From Minisyncoccia bacterium (GTDB lineage: Bacteria > Patescibacteriota > Minisyncoccia > Phycocordibacterales > Phycocordibacteraceae), in contig JBBQZW010000002.1 in NCBI GenBank assembly GCA_038207395.1, positions 309 to 64,308 of the forward strand: DNA of 64,000 bases, read 5' to 3'. Position 1 is the stretch's first letter, and the number at the start of each line of letters is the position of its first letter. The notes below the pieces were generated by a model. It saw only the letters and a program-made list of their open reading frames with translations. It was not told where the DNA came from and did no database searches. Of this stretch, positions 55,427-64,000 are shown in pieces. The translations under genes were made by a program, and so were the position numbers.

Positions 55427-55453
55427 TGCCCAGGAGTTTGCTATTATTCCCCT

Positions 55454-56083
55454 ATGAATGATGCCTTCTTTTACCTGGGAGTACTTATCTTCTTTTTCAT
55501 TCTCTGGGTTTATTCAGGGGGACCCACTCACCCACTATCATTTGCTGGTCCGTATATTACTCCGATCACTGACGTAGGTGTCGAACAAGTCGGCTATGGC
55601 GACTCTCTTAGCAGTACGACACGTGCCTATTTTGGAACGTACTCGGGCATTGGTACAGGCACAAGATCAAGCGGCACGAGCGCCCTACCTCGCGACGTAC
55701 TTTCACCTCGTAACGGTACGGTGAGTTTCGACTCACTAAATCCGCAAGGTTCCTCAGCATCAACCGAATATATTGGTGTTAGGAACAATGGAAACGTTGA
55801 GGTAGATGTCACGGACTGGCAGATTGTTGATGCGGGAAACGGTAACAGTATTCGTATACCTTTTGGGTCACGAAATCAAAATGTGTCACCTCAACGAGTC
55901 GTACTCTCTTCAGGACAAAGCGTGGTTATAGCAACAGGTTCGCGAGAAAACTCAAACAGTACTTCATACTACGGTAACTGGAATTCGTATCTTAATCTGA
56001 GTCGCGATATCTGGAATGATCGTAATGACACCCTTACCCTTCTTGATAAAAATGGAAAGGTAGTAGACCAATACCGGTATTAA
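55454..56083 (+). CDS. Membrane-anchored lamin-tail-domain (LTD)-like protein
   Basis: N-terminal TM, then VTDWQIVDAGNGNSIRIPFG...DTLTLLDKNGKVVDQY, typical of LTD. Confidence 0.5.
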   Translation: MNDAFFYLGVLIFFFILWVYSGGPTHPLSFAGPYITPITDVGVEQVGYGDSLSSTTRAYFGTYSGIGTGTRSSGTSALPRDVLSPRNGTVSFDSLNPQGSSASTEYIGVRNNGNVEVDVTDWQIVDAGNGNSIRIPFGSRNQNVSPQRVVLSSGQSVVIATGSRENSNSTSYYGNWNSYLNLSRDIWNDRNDTLTLLDKNGKVVDQYRY

Positions 56084-56109
56084 AGGTATAAAAACAAGGT
56101 TAGTTTCAT

Positions 56110-56182
56110 GCGCCTATAGCTCAGTCGGTAGAGCAGCTCCCTTTTAAGGAGACGGTCCCTGGTTCGAGCCCAGGTAGGCGCA
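56110..56182 (+). tRNA. tRNA-Lys (anticodon TTT), no encoded CCA
   Basis: Hand-folded: acceptor GCGCCTA/TAGGCGC, anticodon loop CTTTTAA, T-loop TTCGAGC. Confidence 0.75.
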
Positions 56183-56197
56183 CCCAATACTCACTAC

Positions 56198-56845
56198 TTA
56201 TAGTGAAAGCGCAAAGCGCTCGAGCGCCCTATCGAGCGAAAGATCGCGGCCTCGTGAATCGGAAAGGAGAAGAATGAGATTTCGCGAAAGCATTCGCGCT
56301 TCTTTCGCTGTCCACGCGCTACTGCCCTTCTGCATAAGGTCGCGTGCTTTCCAGTGCAAGAGACCGTGCACCATTTCAGGGGCATCTCCGAGACGATACG
56401 CCTTTTGCAGTTCTTTCCAAAGAGCAGGTCCGTTGCGAGAAGCTAATGCGTTAACCAATGCGGAATTGAATCCACGCGCCGGCTTTGCCGGCGCGTCAAC
56501 TTTAAATACTTTCTCGGCTTTTGCTTCTATGTTCTTTACGCGTGCCGCCAAAAGTTTTGGGGCAAGGATTGCCACAATATTTTGTGATGAAGAAAGTTCA
56601 GTTAGAAAACCTAGAACCGCTTCAGCGCTTTCAGGGGTTGAAAAAGGATCATCGAGAACAACTAAGGTTTTTGAAAAAAATAATCCTTGCGCACTCACTG
56701 CCTCGCGGAGTGATGCTTCAGAAATAGCGTCAGCAGAGAGTCTGCTATAAAAAGCATCGGGAGCTTTGGCGCGCGCAGCGGTTACCCACTGAAAAGCCTT
56801 AGCACGCACCTTATTTGCATCTGAGCCATGAAAAAGATATATCAC
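56198..56845 (-). CDS. holA: DNA polymerase III delta subunit-like (HolA), short
   Basis: MIYLFHGSDANKVRAKAFQWV... resembles the HolA N-terminus. It is shorter than the typical form. Confidence 0.5.
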   Translation of the reverse strand: MIYLFHGSDANKVRAKAFQWVTAARAKAPDAFYSRLSADAISEASLREAVSAQGLFFSKTLVVLDDPFSTPESAEAVLGFLTELSSSQNIVAILAPKLLAARVKNIEAKAEKVFKVDAPAKPARGFNSALVNALASRNGPALWKELQKAYRLGDAPEMVHGLLHWKARDLMQKGSSAWTAKEARMLSRNLILLLSDSRGRDLSLDRALERFALSL

Positions 56846-56926
56846 GTTCTTATTCTATACCTGAGAATACAAAAAGGCGCCCTGCAAGCAGAGCGCCCAT
56901 TTCTTAGCATTCTCGGTGCTGCGCAA

Positions 56927-57106
56927 TTACCGCCAGTACATGAAGCAGATAATTGGAGTCCAGACCGCTATGATGCCAATAGCTATCAAAATTGATACAC
57001 CGAGCGATCCAGAGTGTTCACTCTCTTGCACAGACTCATCATAGAGCTTTTGCACCTCTGCAGGCATATCCTCCCTATTTACGGGACGTATATGGGTTGT
57101 TGCCAT
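56927..57106 (-). CDS. Small (59 aa) membrane protein not present in the supplied ORF track
   Basis: MATTHIRPVNREDMPAEVQKLYDESVQESEHSGSLGVSILIAIGIIAVWTPIICFMYWR, with a strong SD sequence AAAGGAGAG 6 nt upstream. Confidence 0.35.
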   Translation of the reverse strand: MATTHIRPVNREDMPAEVQKLYDESVQESEHSGSLGVSILIAIGIIAVWTPIICFMYWR

Positions 57107-57142
57107 TTCTACTCTCCTTTCCCAGAAATACTATATACCTTC

Positions 57143-59563
57143 TTATTCAATTGTCTCCATCTGTCCCCAATTGGGTCCCTGTTTTGAACTCGCGAGTATA
57201 GGGATGCCATTAGTTTCACTCTCAGGGAGCACATGCTCCATAATGCGCAGAATCTCTGGAGCGATTACTCCAAGTTTCTCCGTTCGTACTTCAAACACTA
57301 ATTCGTCATGTACTTGGAGTATAAGATGTGCGTCATCAGTACTTCCTGTATCCTGAAGCATCTTGGTAATCTCTACCATCGCAAGTTTTATGATGTCTGC
57401 TTGGGTTCCTTGGATCGGTGCATTTATCGCCATACGCTCTGCTTGCGCGCGGACGTACGGGAGCGGTGATTTCATACCTGAAAATTCTCGACGTCGTCCG
57501 AATAGTGTTTCAGTAAAACCTTGGCGACGGGCCGTGCCTTTTGTTCGTTCAAGATATTCTGCAAGTTGATTAAAAGTTTTGAAATAGTCTTCATAGAACT
57601 GGTGCGCCTCACTTGTACTCGTTCCAAGCTGTGCCTTAAGCGCATTAACGCCCATTCCATACAAAATACCGAAGTTAATGATCTTCGCACGGCGGCGCAT
57701 TTCACGATCAACATTCTCAGCTGAAACAGCAAAGACAGCAGCTGCGACTTCCTGGTGAACATCGCGTCCTGATGTAAATATTTCAGTAAGACGTGTGTCT
57801 CCAGAGAGAATGGCCGCAAGACGGAGCTCAATCTGTGAATAGTCGAGCCCTAAAAGAGTGAATCCTTCTGGTGCAATAAAGGCATTACGTAATGCACGTC
57901 CCCGATCACTACGGATTGGAATATTCTGAAGATTGGGATTTGCTGATGCCATACGCCCCGTAACGGTTCCGCTTTGAAGAAACTGCGCGTGGAGTCGTCC
58001 GTCAGTATCAAGAAGCTCCGGAATAGTTTCCACGTATGTGCCCAGAAGTTTTTGAAGCTGACGATATTCAAGAATGTCGCTAATGATCGGGTGTACGTCG
58101 CGAAGTTTTTCAAGTTCCGATTCCTTTGTTGAACGCTGCCCTGTAGCTGTTTTCTTACCACCACTTTTAGCTCCAGGGACTTTGAGATCCATTTCGTCAA
58201 AAAGAACATCGCCAAGCTGTTTTGGAGAACTGACATTAAATTCGTGTCCAACCATCTTGAAGATGCGAGCTTCCATGTCTGCGAGTTCTGCACGGTATTT
58301 CTTCTTTAATTCAGAGAATACGCCTGTATCGATACACACTCCCCGCTTCTCCATACCCCGCAGTACGGGAATGAGCGGCTTCTCAATTTTTTCATACACC
58401 TCATCAAGACGGCCTGTAGTGGCTATTCTTTTTTCAAGTTCGGTATATGCCGCTGCAAATGTATGAGCCTTTGTATACGCAAGAATATCTTCAAGAGACG
58501 GGTTCGTGAGGTCTGACGCGAGGAGCCAGGTCATGATCTGTGCTTCTTCCAGTCTTTCTTGAGACACGTCTTCAGTTGACTCTTCTACAGATACCGTTCC
58601 AAGACCCTCACTCTCTCCTCCAAGCTCAGCACCGAAGACAGCTCGTGCACGTGCACGAAGAGTGCGGAATCCAAGCTCATCAAAAAGTGCCAGCACCGTT
58701 GGGAGTGTTCCACCGTCCTGCCACACCGCTTCAGGTAGTTTGAATGCAATAGGGGCATCGAGACGTATGGTTGCGAGCATTTTTGAAAAGACCGCATCTT
58801 CTTCGTGCTCCGTGAGAAGTCCGACGATGCGGGGCTTGATTCCTTTCTCTGCAAATAACTCTGGTTTCTTTTTAAGAGTTTTATACATTTCCTCTATGGT
58901 CCCAAATTCCTGAATGAGCGTGGTCGCTGTTTTTTCTCCAATACCTGGAATACCAATAATGTTATCTGAGGGGTCTCCACGGAGACCTTTATAGTCAGGA
59001 ACTAACCGTGGCGGGAAGCCGTACCGTTCTTCCACTGCTTTTGCGTCATACATAATGACGTCATTCAGTCCCTTCTTAAGCGTATACACCTTTACGCGTG
59101 ACTTCTCTACAAGCTGGAGCGTATCCATGTCACCTGACGCAATAACAATCTCTATATCATCGTCATCTTTGGTAAGGTGCGCGATGGTGCCGAGAATGTC
59201 GTCTGCTTCAAATCCTTCTCGCTCATAAATGGGTATGGAAAAAGCTTTGAACACATCTCGTGAAGTGTTGAGCTGGGTGGCAAGAGCATCATCGAGCTTT
59301 ACGCGTGTCGCCTTATACCCCTCATACGCTTCGTGGCGCATTGTTGGTTTTGGGAGGTCATAGCACGCAGCGATGTAGTCCGGTTTTAAATCCTGAATGA
59401 TACGAAGCAGCATGGATGAGAGGCCGTAGAGCGCTCCGGTGGGCTGTCCTGCAGGGCTCTGGAAGTCAGGGAGTGCATGATACGCACGATGAATAATCGC
59501 GTGCGAGTCGAGGAGAATAAGACGTTTCTTCACTTGCTTGGCGGCCTTTGGTTCTTTAGGCAT
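57143..59563 (-). CDS. polA: DNA polymerase I (5'-3' exonuclease plus polymerase domains)
   Basis: 5' nuclease N-terminus; polymerase motifs RRQGFTETLFGRRREF, AINAPIQGTQADIIKLAM and QVHDELVFE. Confidence 0.9.
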   Translation of the reverse strand: MPKEPKAAKQVKKRLILLDSHAIIHRAYHALPDFQSPAGQPTGALYGLSSMLLRIIQDLKPDYIAACYDLPKPTMRHEAYEGYKATRVKLDDALATQLNTSRDVFKAFSIPIYEREGFEADDILGTIAHLTKDDDDIEIVIASGDMDTLQLVEKSRVKVYTLKKGLNDVIMYDAKAVEERYGFPPRLVPDYKGLRGDPSDNIIGIPGIGEKTATTLIQEFGTIEEMYKTLKKKPELFAEKGIKPRIVGLLTEHEEDAVFSKMLATIRLDAPIAFKLPEAVWQDGGTLPTVLALFDELGFRTLRARARAVFGAELGGESEGLGTVSVEESTEDVSQERLEEAQIMTWLLASDLTNPSLEDILAYTKAHTFAAAYTELEKRIATTGRLDEVYEKIEKPLIPVLRGMEKRGVCIDTGVFSELKKKYRAELADMEARIFKMVGHEFNVSSPKQLGDVLFDEMDLKVPGAKSGGKKTATGQRSTKESELEKLRDVHPIISDILEYRQLQKLLGTYVETIPELLDTDGRLHAQFLQSGTVTGRMASANPNLQNIPIRSDRGRALRNAFIAPEGFTLLGLDYSQIELRLAAILSGDTRLTEIFTSGRDVHQEVAAAVFAVSAENVDREMRRRAKIINFGILYGMGVNALKAQLGTSTSEAHQFYEDYFKTFNQLAEYLERTKGTARRQGFTETLFGRRREFSGMKSPLPYVRAQAERMAINAPIQGTQADIIKLAMVEITKMLQDTGSTDDAHLILQVHDELVFEVRTEKLGVIAPEILRIMEHVLPESETNGIPILASSKQGPNWGQMETIE

Positions 59564-60044
59564 AGGTAAGTTCGCGTCCCTCTCCAGAGACGGTTAGCGT
59601 GAGTGCGTGGTCGGGCTCAGGCAACTGGCTTTGCACTAACTCTGGCCATTCGAGCACAATGAGATTTTCTGCGTCAGCATAGAGCTCATCAAATCCAAGC
59701 GGGACGAGCGTACTGTCCCCTTCTAACCGATATGCGTCTATGTGAATAAGTGTTGAAAACTTTTGACCCGTAAGTTCATATATTTTTTCAAGTACAAAGG
59801 TAGGACTGGTAATTGGCTCATCTATGCCAAGCGCATCAGCCATTCCTTGGGTGAAAGAAGTCTTCCCGGCACCAAGTTCTCCTGAAAGCGTAATGAGGAG
59901 AGCGTGATCTTCTGCAGGCACAAGCCCTTGAGCGAAGGTTGCTGCCTCCACCTGAAGCTCCTCAAGATTTGGGAGAAATAGTGGCGTAGGTGAGACAGAA
60001 GATTCAGAGGGGTATTCCATACCTTCTATTCTAGCAAAAATCAA
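59556..60044 (-). CDS. tsaE: tRNA threonylcarbamoyladenosine biosynthesis protein TsaE (YjeE ATPase)
   Basis: P-loop LSGELGAGKTSFTQG and DAYRL. It overlaps the polA start by 8 nt. Confidence 0.7.
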   Translation of the reverse strand: MIFARIEGMEYPSESSVSPTPLFLPNLEELQVEAATFAQGLVPAEDHALLITLSGELGAGKTSFTQGMADALGIDEPITSPTFVLEKIYELTGQKFSTLIHIDAYRLEGDSTLVPLGFDELYADAENLIVLEWPELVQSQLPEPDHALTLTVSGEGRELTYA

Positions 60045-60046
60045 AA

Positions 60047-60070
60047 GCCCCGCCGGTATACCGGCGGGGC
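60047..60070 (-). terminator. Intrinsic terminator (GCCCCGCCGG tata CCGGCGGGGC) with a U-run on the minus strand
   Basis: 10 bp perfect GC stem, followed on the minus strand by TTTTGATTTT. It lies downstream of the secreted-protein gene. Confidence 0.7.
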
Positions 60071-60097
60071 GAGTGAAATTGCTTGTTTTCTGAACCG

Positions 60098-60490
60098 TTA
60101 CTGTCCCGAAACAAGTTCGCGGACAATCCGACCGTCAGGATATTGCGTAATCCTGAACGAAGGGCACGGTTTCCCGTATGCAACCCAGCCAGCAGGACCA
60201 TACTGGTTTGCTCGGCAGTACTGCTGCCGACGACCGGGGTCCCGCTCCACCTTGGTACGTCCGCCACTTGTCTCGAAATCGAGATAGTAGGGATCGTATC
60301 CGCCACTGTATCCGTTGTACCCATTGTTGGAATACTCACGCTGGCCATTGAAACTGGTCGGCGGACTGGGGCGAGCGCGTTCCCCATATCGGTAATAGTG
60401 ACTTCCCTGATCCTGCGCCTGCGCCTTAGCAGTACCAGCGAAACCAAAAGCCAACATGAAGATCGCGAGGGTCGAAATAAGCATTTTCAT
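60098..60490 (-). CDS. Small secreted Gly/Tyr-rich protein
   Basis: Signal peptide MKMLISTLAIFMLAFGFAGTAKA, low-complexity YSNNGYNGYSGGYDPYY, two Cys. Confidence 0.45.
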   Translation of the reverse strand: MKMLISTLAIFMLAFGFAGTAKAQAQDQGSHYYRYGERARPSPPTSFNGQREYSNNGYNGYSGGYDPYYLDFETSGGRTKVERDPGRRQQYCRANQYGPAGWVAYGKPCPSFRITQYPDGRIVRELVSGQ

Positions 60491-60627
60491 GATGAAAAAC
60501 CCTTTCTTAGGGGTGGACAATAGACTGTCTTTTATAATAAGTGTTTTTTATGAATTGTCAAGCGTTATACGTGTGGCGCAGCCTACTCTTTAGTTGCCCG
60601 GGCAGAACCAAGGTATGATATTCCTAT

Positions 60628-62304
60628 ATGCCTGTTGAATTTGATCGTGAAAGAGAAGACGAGAAACTTGCCCATGTTCGCGCAGAAGAAGAGGAGGATT
60701 TAACCCGTATTCTTTCAGAAAAGTATGGACTTTCCTACACCGACCTTTCCCTCGTTCCTATAAACATGGATGCGCTTCGCGTGATTCCTGAAGCTGACGC
60801 CCGTGCAGCTCAAGCAGTAGCGTTTGATAAAAATGGGAAACATCTCTCAGTGGCAATTCATGAGGTATCAAATGATGCGTACGTGCGCCTCGAAGAGGCG
60901 CTTTCTGCGCAAGGGTATACGGTTGAAAAGTTCCTGTCTTCAAACCAGAGTCTGCAGTTAGCCTTTGCTCGATATGTAGAACTTTCTCAAACGGTCAAAA
61001 CCGACGAAGGAGTATTTGCCATAACCACCGATCATGCAGCGGAGGTGCGTGAGGCAAGCTCTTCCCTTCCCGCCCTTCGCGCGCACCTTACGGAGCTTAT
61101 TTCAACGAAGAATGCTTCTAAGATTTCAACACTTCTTGAGACTGTACTCGCGTCAGCAATAACCATGCGTGCGTCTGATATACATTTTGAACCAGAAGAA
61201 CAGGGTGTTCGTATGCGCTATCGTCTTGATGGAGTACTTACCGATATCTTTAACTTTGACGAACACTCGTACAAACAAATTGATTCACGCTTAAAGCTTA
61301 TTTCAGGACTGAAACTGAATATTACAGATCGAGCACAAGACGGACGCTTCACGATATCTGTTGCACAAAAAGAACTTGAGGTTCGTTCTTCTGTAATTCC
61401 TGGAAGCTATGGTGAGTCGATTGTTCTTCGTCTTCTCGATCCAGAAACAACAAAACATTCATTTAAGGAGCTTGGGATTCATCCGAAGTTACTCGCGCGA
61501 CTTGAAGAAGAGATTCATCGTCCAAACGGAATGCTTCTAAATACTGGACCAACCGGCTCAGGAAAAACCACGTCTCTGTACGCCTTCATGCGTGAAATCC
61601 ACACACCTGCAATCAAGATTATTACGATTGAAGATCCGGTTGAGTATCATCTTGAAGGTATTGTACAGACACAGACGAACGCTGAAGACTACACGTTTGC
61701 GTCGGGTCTGCGCTCAGTACTTCGTCAGGACCCTGACGTAATTATGGTGGGAGAAATACGTGATAGTGAGGTTGCAGACGTTGCCGTTCAGGCTGCTCTT
61801 ACCGGACACTTTGTGTTCTCTACACTGCACACTAACGATGCAGCAGGGACCTTCCCCCGTCTTGCTGACCTTGGTGTGGACCCTAAGTCATTTGCATCCG
61901 CAGTTTCTGTGGCAATGGCACAACGCCTCGTGCGCACACTTAACCCGGCTACGAAAAAGAAGCGTCCGACTACTGACGATGAGAAAAAAAGTATCGAACG
62001 CATCTTTGCGACGCAAGCTGACCGTTCACTCGTACCTGATTCGTATGACGAAGTGTGGGTAGCGGGAGACGAGAACGGCATTGAAGATTCTGGATATAAA
62101 GGGCGTACGGGTGTGTATGAAGCAATCTTTATGGATGAAGAACTTGGTACCTTCTTACGAGATAATCCTTCGTCGGGAGACATTGCGGTGCATGTTACGC
62201 GCCAGGGATTCCTAACAATGGCGCAGGACGGAATTCTAAAAGCACTGAGTGGAGAGACCTCACTTGAAGAAGTGTTTCGTGTTGTAGATATACCTCGGGT
62301 ATAA
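60628..62304 (+). CDS. pilB: Type IV pilus assembly ATPase (PilB/GspE family)
   Basis: Walker A LLNTGPTGSGKTT, Asp box, Walker B VIMVGEIRD and His box of secretion ATPases. It also has an N-terminal GspE_N-like domain. Confidence 0.85.
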   Translation: MPVEFDREREDEKLAHVRAEEEEDLTRILSEKYGLSYTDLSLVPINMDALRVIPEADARAAQAVAFDKNGKHLSVAIHEVSNDAYVRLEEALSAQGYTVEKFLSSNQSLQLAFARYVELSQTVKTDEGVFAITTDHAAEVREASSSLPALRAHLTELISTKNASKISTLLETVLASAITMRASDIHFEPEEQGVRMRYRLDGVLTDIFNFDEHSYKQIDSRLKLISGLKLNITDRAQDGRFTISVAQKELEVRSSVIPGSYGESIVLRLLDPETTKHSFKELGIHPKLLARLEEEIHRPNGMLLNTGPTGSGKTTSLYAFMREIHTPAIKIITIEDPVEYHLEGIVQTQTNAEDYTFASGLRSVLRQDPDVIMVGEIRDSEVADVAVQAALTGHFVFSTLHTNDAAGTFPRLADLGVDPKSFASAVSVAMAQRLVRTLNPATKKKRPTTDDEKKSIERIFATQADRSLVPDSYDEVWVAGDENGIEDSGYKGRTGVYEAIFMDEELGTFLRDNPSSGDIAVHVTRQGFLTMAQDGILKALSGETSLEEVFRVVDIPRV

Positions 62305-62337
62305 GGAGCTAGCACTGTAAGCGGTCAGTATGATATG

Positions 62338-62366
62338 AAAAATGCTGGCACTTGCCGGCATTTTTC
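62338..62366 (+). terminator. Intrinsic terminator after pilB (AAAAATGCTGGCA cttg CCGGCATTTTT)
   Basis: Hairpin with one U-G wobble pair and a T5 tail. Confidence 0.55.
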
Positions 62367-62619
62367 TAGGAGATTTATTCACATCCACTACCCTCCAGGC
62401 ACTCCTCCTTAAAATAAGCAGGTGGCCACATCGCCTGAGGAGGATCCCAGTTACCTGCATCAAGTGCAGGACCAAAAATTCCTTGGGGAAATGCCCGAAG
62501 CCGTCAAGCTTTGCCTAGAGGGTGGTAGATACGAATTGAAAAGAAAAAACCTGCTCCTGCGAGAAGGTTCATAACCAGGCCATCCCTGATGTGTTAGTAT
62601 ACTAGCATACCTACTTTTT

Positions 62620-63621
62620 ATGTCAAGTACCCCCGAGCCCACCGACCTTCCTATTCGTCTTCGCGACCAAGCCCTCGACAGCGCATTGCGTCCTTCACTT
62701 TGGGACGACTATGTTGGCCAAGGTCACGTAAAAGCTAATGTTCAGGTCGTTTTAGAGGCGGCAAAGATGCGAGGAGACACCCCTGAGCACATTCTCTTTT
62801 ACGGTCCTCCCGGCGTTGGGAAGACAACCCTTGCACACCTTGTGGCAAAAACTCTTGAAGCACCTTTGAAGACAACGTCCGGTGTTGCCATAGAGAGAGC
62901 GGGAGATTTAGCTGCTATTCTCACGAACCTCGAACCAGGAACGGTGCTTTTTATCGACGAGATTCACCAGCTTTCTACTAAAATTGAAGAACTTCTCTAC
63001 CCAGCACTCGAAAATGGCTCATTGGACATTGTCTTAGGTAAAGGGCCTTCAGCGCGCACAGTTGAGCTAGCACTCCCTCCTTTTATGCTCGTAGGTGCCA
63101 CAACCCGCATGGCACAACTTTCAGGACCGCTTCGTTCACGCTTTGGAGGTGGAGTGTATCAGCTGGATTTTTATAGCGATGATGATGTGCGATCAATTGT
63201 TGCGCGCTCCGCTCGCGTCCTTGGCATGGAGGTTCCGTCTGAAGTGGTTGAGCGTATTGCAGCACGCAGCCGCGCGACTCCCCGTATTGCAAACGCGCTT
63301 CTAAAGCGAGTTCGTGATTATTCTCAAGTGCACGGAAAAGACCTCACTCCAGAAGTAGCTGAAGAAGCATATTCTCTTTTCGGTATTGACCACCTCGGTC
63401 TCACAAAAGACGATCGCCGATACCTGACTTCGATTCGTGATTCATTCAAGGGAGGTCCGGCAGGTATTCGTGCACTCGCCTCTACCCTTCACGAAGATCC
63501 TGACACCGTTGAAAACGTGTATGAACCCTATCTCCTTCGACTTAATTTTATTGAACGCTCGTCTCGCGGACGAATGCTCACTCAGAAAGGACGAGACTAC
63601 CTTGATACGAAACAGCGCTAG
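62620..63621 (+). CDS. ruvB: Holliday junction DNA helicase RuvB
   Basis: Walker A ILFYGPPGVGKTTLAHLVA, Walker B LFIDEIHQL and a C-terminal winged-helix region. Confidence 0.9.
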   Translation: MSSTPEPTDLPIRLRDQALDSALRPSLWDDYVGQGHVKANVQVVLEAAKMRGDTPEHILFYGPPGVGKTTLAHLVAKTLEAPLKTTSGVAIERAGDLAAILTNLEPGTVLFIDEIHQLSTKIEELLYPALENGSLDIVLGKGPSARTVELALPPFMLVGATTRMAQLSGPLRSRFGGGVYQLDFYSDDDVRSIVARSARVLGMEVPSEVVERIAARSRATPRIANALLKRVRDYSQVHGKDLTPEVAEEAYSLFGIDHLGLTKDDRRYLTSIRDSFKGGPAGIRALASTLHEDPDTVENVYEPYLLRLNFIERSSRGRMLTQKGRDYLDTKQR

Positions 63622-63920
63622 TGATGCTTTCCTGCAACCTTAAAGTTTATATAGAGGTTGAAAAAGTAATTTCCCATCCCTACCAATCCTGAGGTAATAA
63701 GGCGTGCAAAAAGATAATAAAGACCGAGCTTTGTAGTAAATAGGAACACCAAAAGTGTAGTTACTGCAGCTCCAACACCGGCAGCAATTATGAATCGAAG
63801 GTATCCTGCACGCATACTTCTTTGGCTGCCCTTGAATACCACTCTTCTACTTACGAAATAGTTAATTGATACAGCAAAAAGAAATGCGCATGGCGTAGCG
63901 TATACATACGAAATGTTCAA
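63618..63920 (-). CDS. GtrA family membrane protein (polysaccharide synthesis-associated)
   Basis: 4-TM small protein with the YLFARLITSGLVGMGNYFFNLYINFKV pattern, close to the window edge. Confidence 0.45.
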   Translation of the reverse strand: MNISYVYATPCAFLFAVSINYFVSRRVVFKGSQRSMRAGYLRFIIAAGVGAAVTTLLVFLFTTKLGLYYLFARLITSGLVGMGNYFFNLYINFKVAGKHH

Positions 63921-64000
63921 AATACTGACTGCTATATATAACAGACACAGATCTAAGAGTAATGTCGAGGCTCCAACAGCTCCATACCGAAGAAAGCGCC

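Noticed and set aside
1-64000. Looked for CRISPR arrays, rRNA genes, restriction-modification or toxin-antitoxin modules, and transposase or IS elements.
   Set aside because: No regularly spaced direct repeats with unique spacers, no rRNA-like conserved stretches, no methyltransferase or endonuclease motifs (DPPY/PD-(D/E)xK contexts), and no DDE transposase motifs were seen. The only recombinase is the large serine recombinase at 46540-47865.

Overview
This 64 kb window reads as a gene-dense, mostly housekeeping chromosomal segment of a small-genome bacterium. Assignment to the CPR/Patescibacteria is an inference from protein features only: a short MetRS, an alpha2-type GlyRS, ribosomal proteins with low-complexity extensions, type IV pilus genes and many small membrane proteins. 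Coding features recognised from the translations are: ribosomal proteins L7/L12, L10, L11, L19, S6, S18 and S20; the secE-nusG-rplK block; recA, ftsK, recO, ruvA, ruvB, ssb, polA and a holA-like gene; four aminoacyl-tRNA synthetases (metG, a glyRS, ileS, argS); a thymidylate-cycle cluster (glyA, thyA, HIT, a dCMP deaminase fusion, folA); a metal-homeostasis cluster (Fur-family regulator, ZIP, CDF); pilM/N/O and a pilB-like ATPase; and two large Thr/Ser-rich surface proteins. Seven tRNA genes were found by eye: His-GTG, Leu-GAG, Val-TAC, Arg-TCT, Ser-TGA, Arg-GCG and Lys-TTT. Many long perfect-stem bidirectional terminators are present. Seven loci deserve a second look. (1) The IleRS gene carries an in-frame insertion of about 200 aa with an intact histidine-phosphatase (phosphoglycerate-mutase-like) catalytic core. 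(2) ileS is preceded by a GC-rich structured leader of about 400 nt that ends in an intrinsic terminator just upstream of the RBS, the architecture of an attenuator or riboswitch. (3) An identical promoter-plus-5'-leader module is duplicated in front of rpsF and rpsR. (4) A roughly 5 kb accessory island lies between tRNA-Val and tRNA-Arg. It encodes a large serine recombinase and an HExxH protein with an ABC exporter. It also contains about 600 bp of non-coding DNA packed with tandemly duplicated 8-10 bp GACA-core motifs (iteron-like), and a 14-17 bp direct repeat in three copies brackets the island. (5) RuvX/YqgF is fused to a Trbp111/EMAP-type tRNA-binding domain. (6) A dCMP deaminase carries an unknown N-terminal domain and is co-transcribed with a cytidylyltransferase-family gene. 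(7) A long quasi-palindrome sits downstream of recA. No CRISPR arrays, rRNA genes or clear defence systems were seen.
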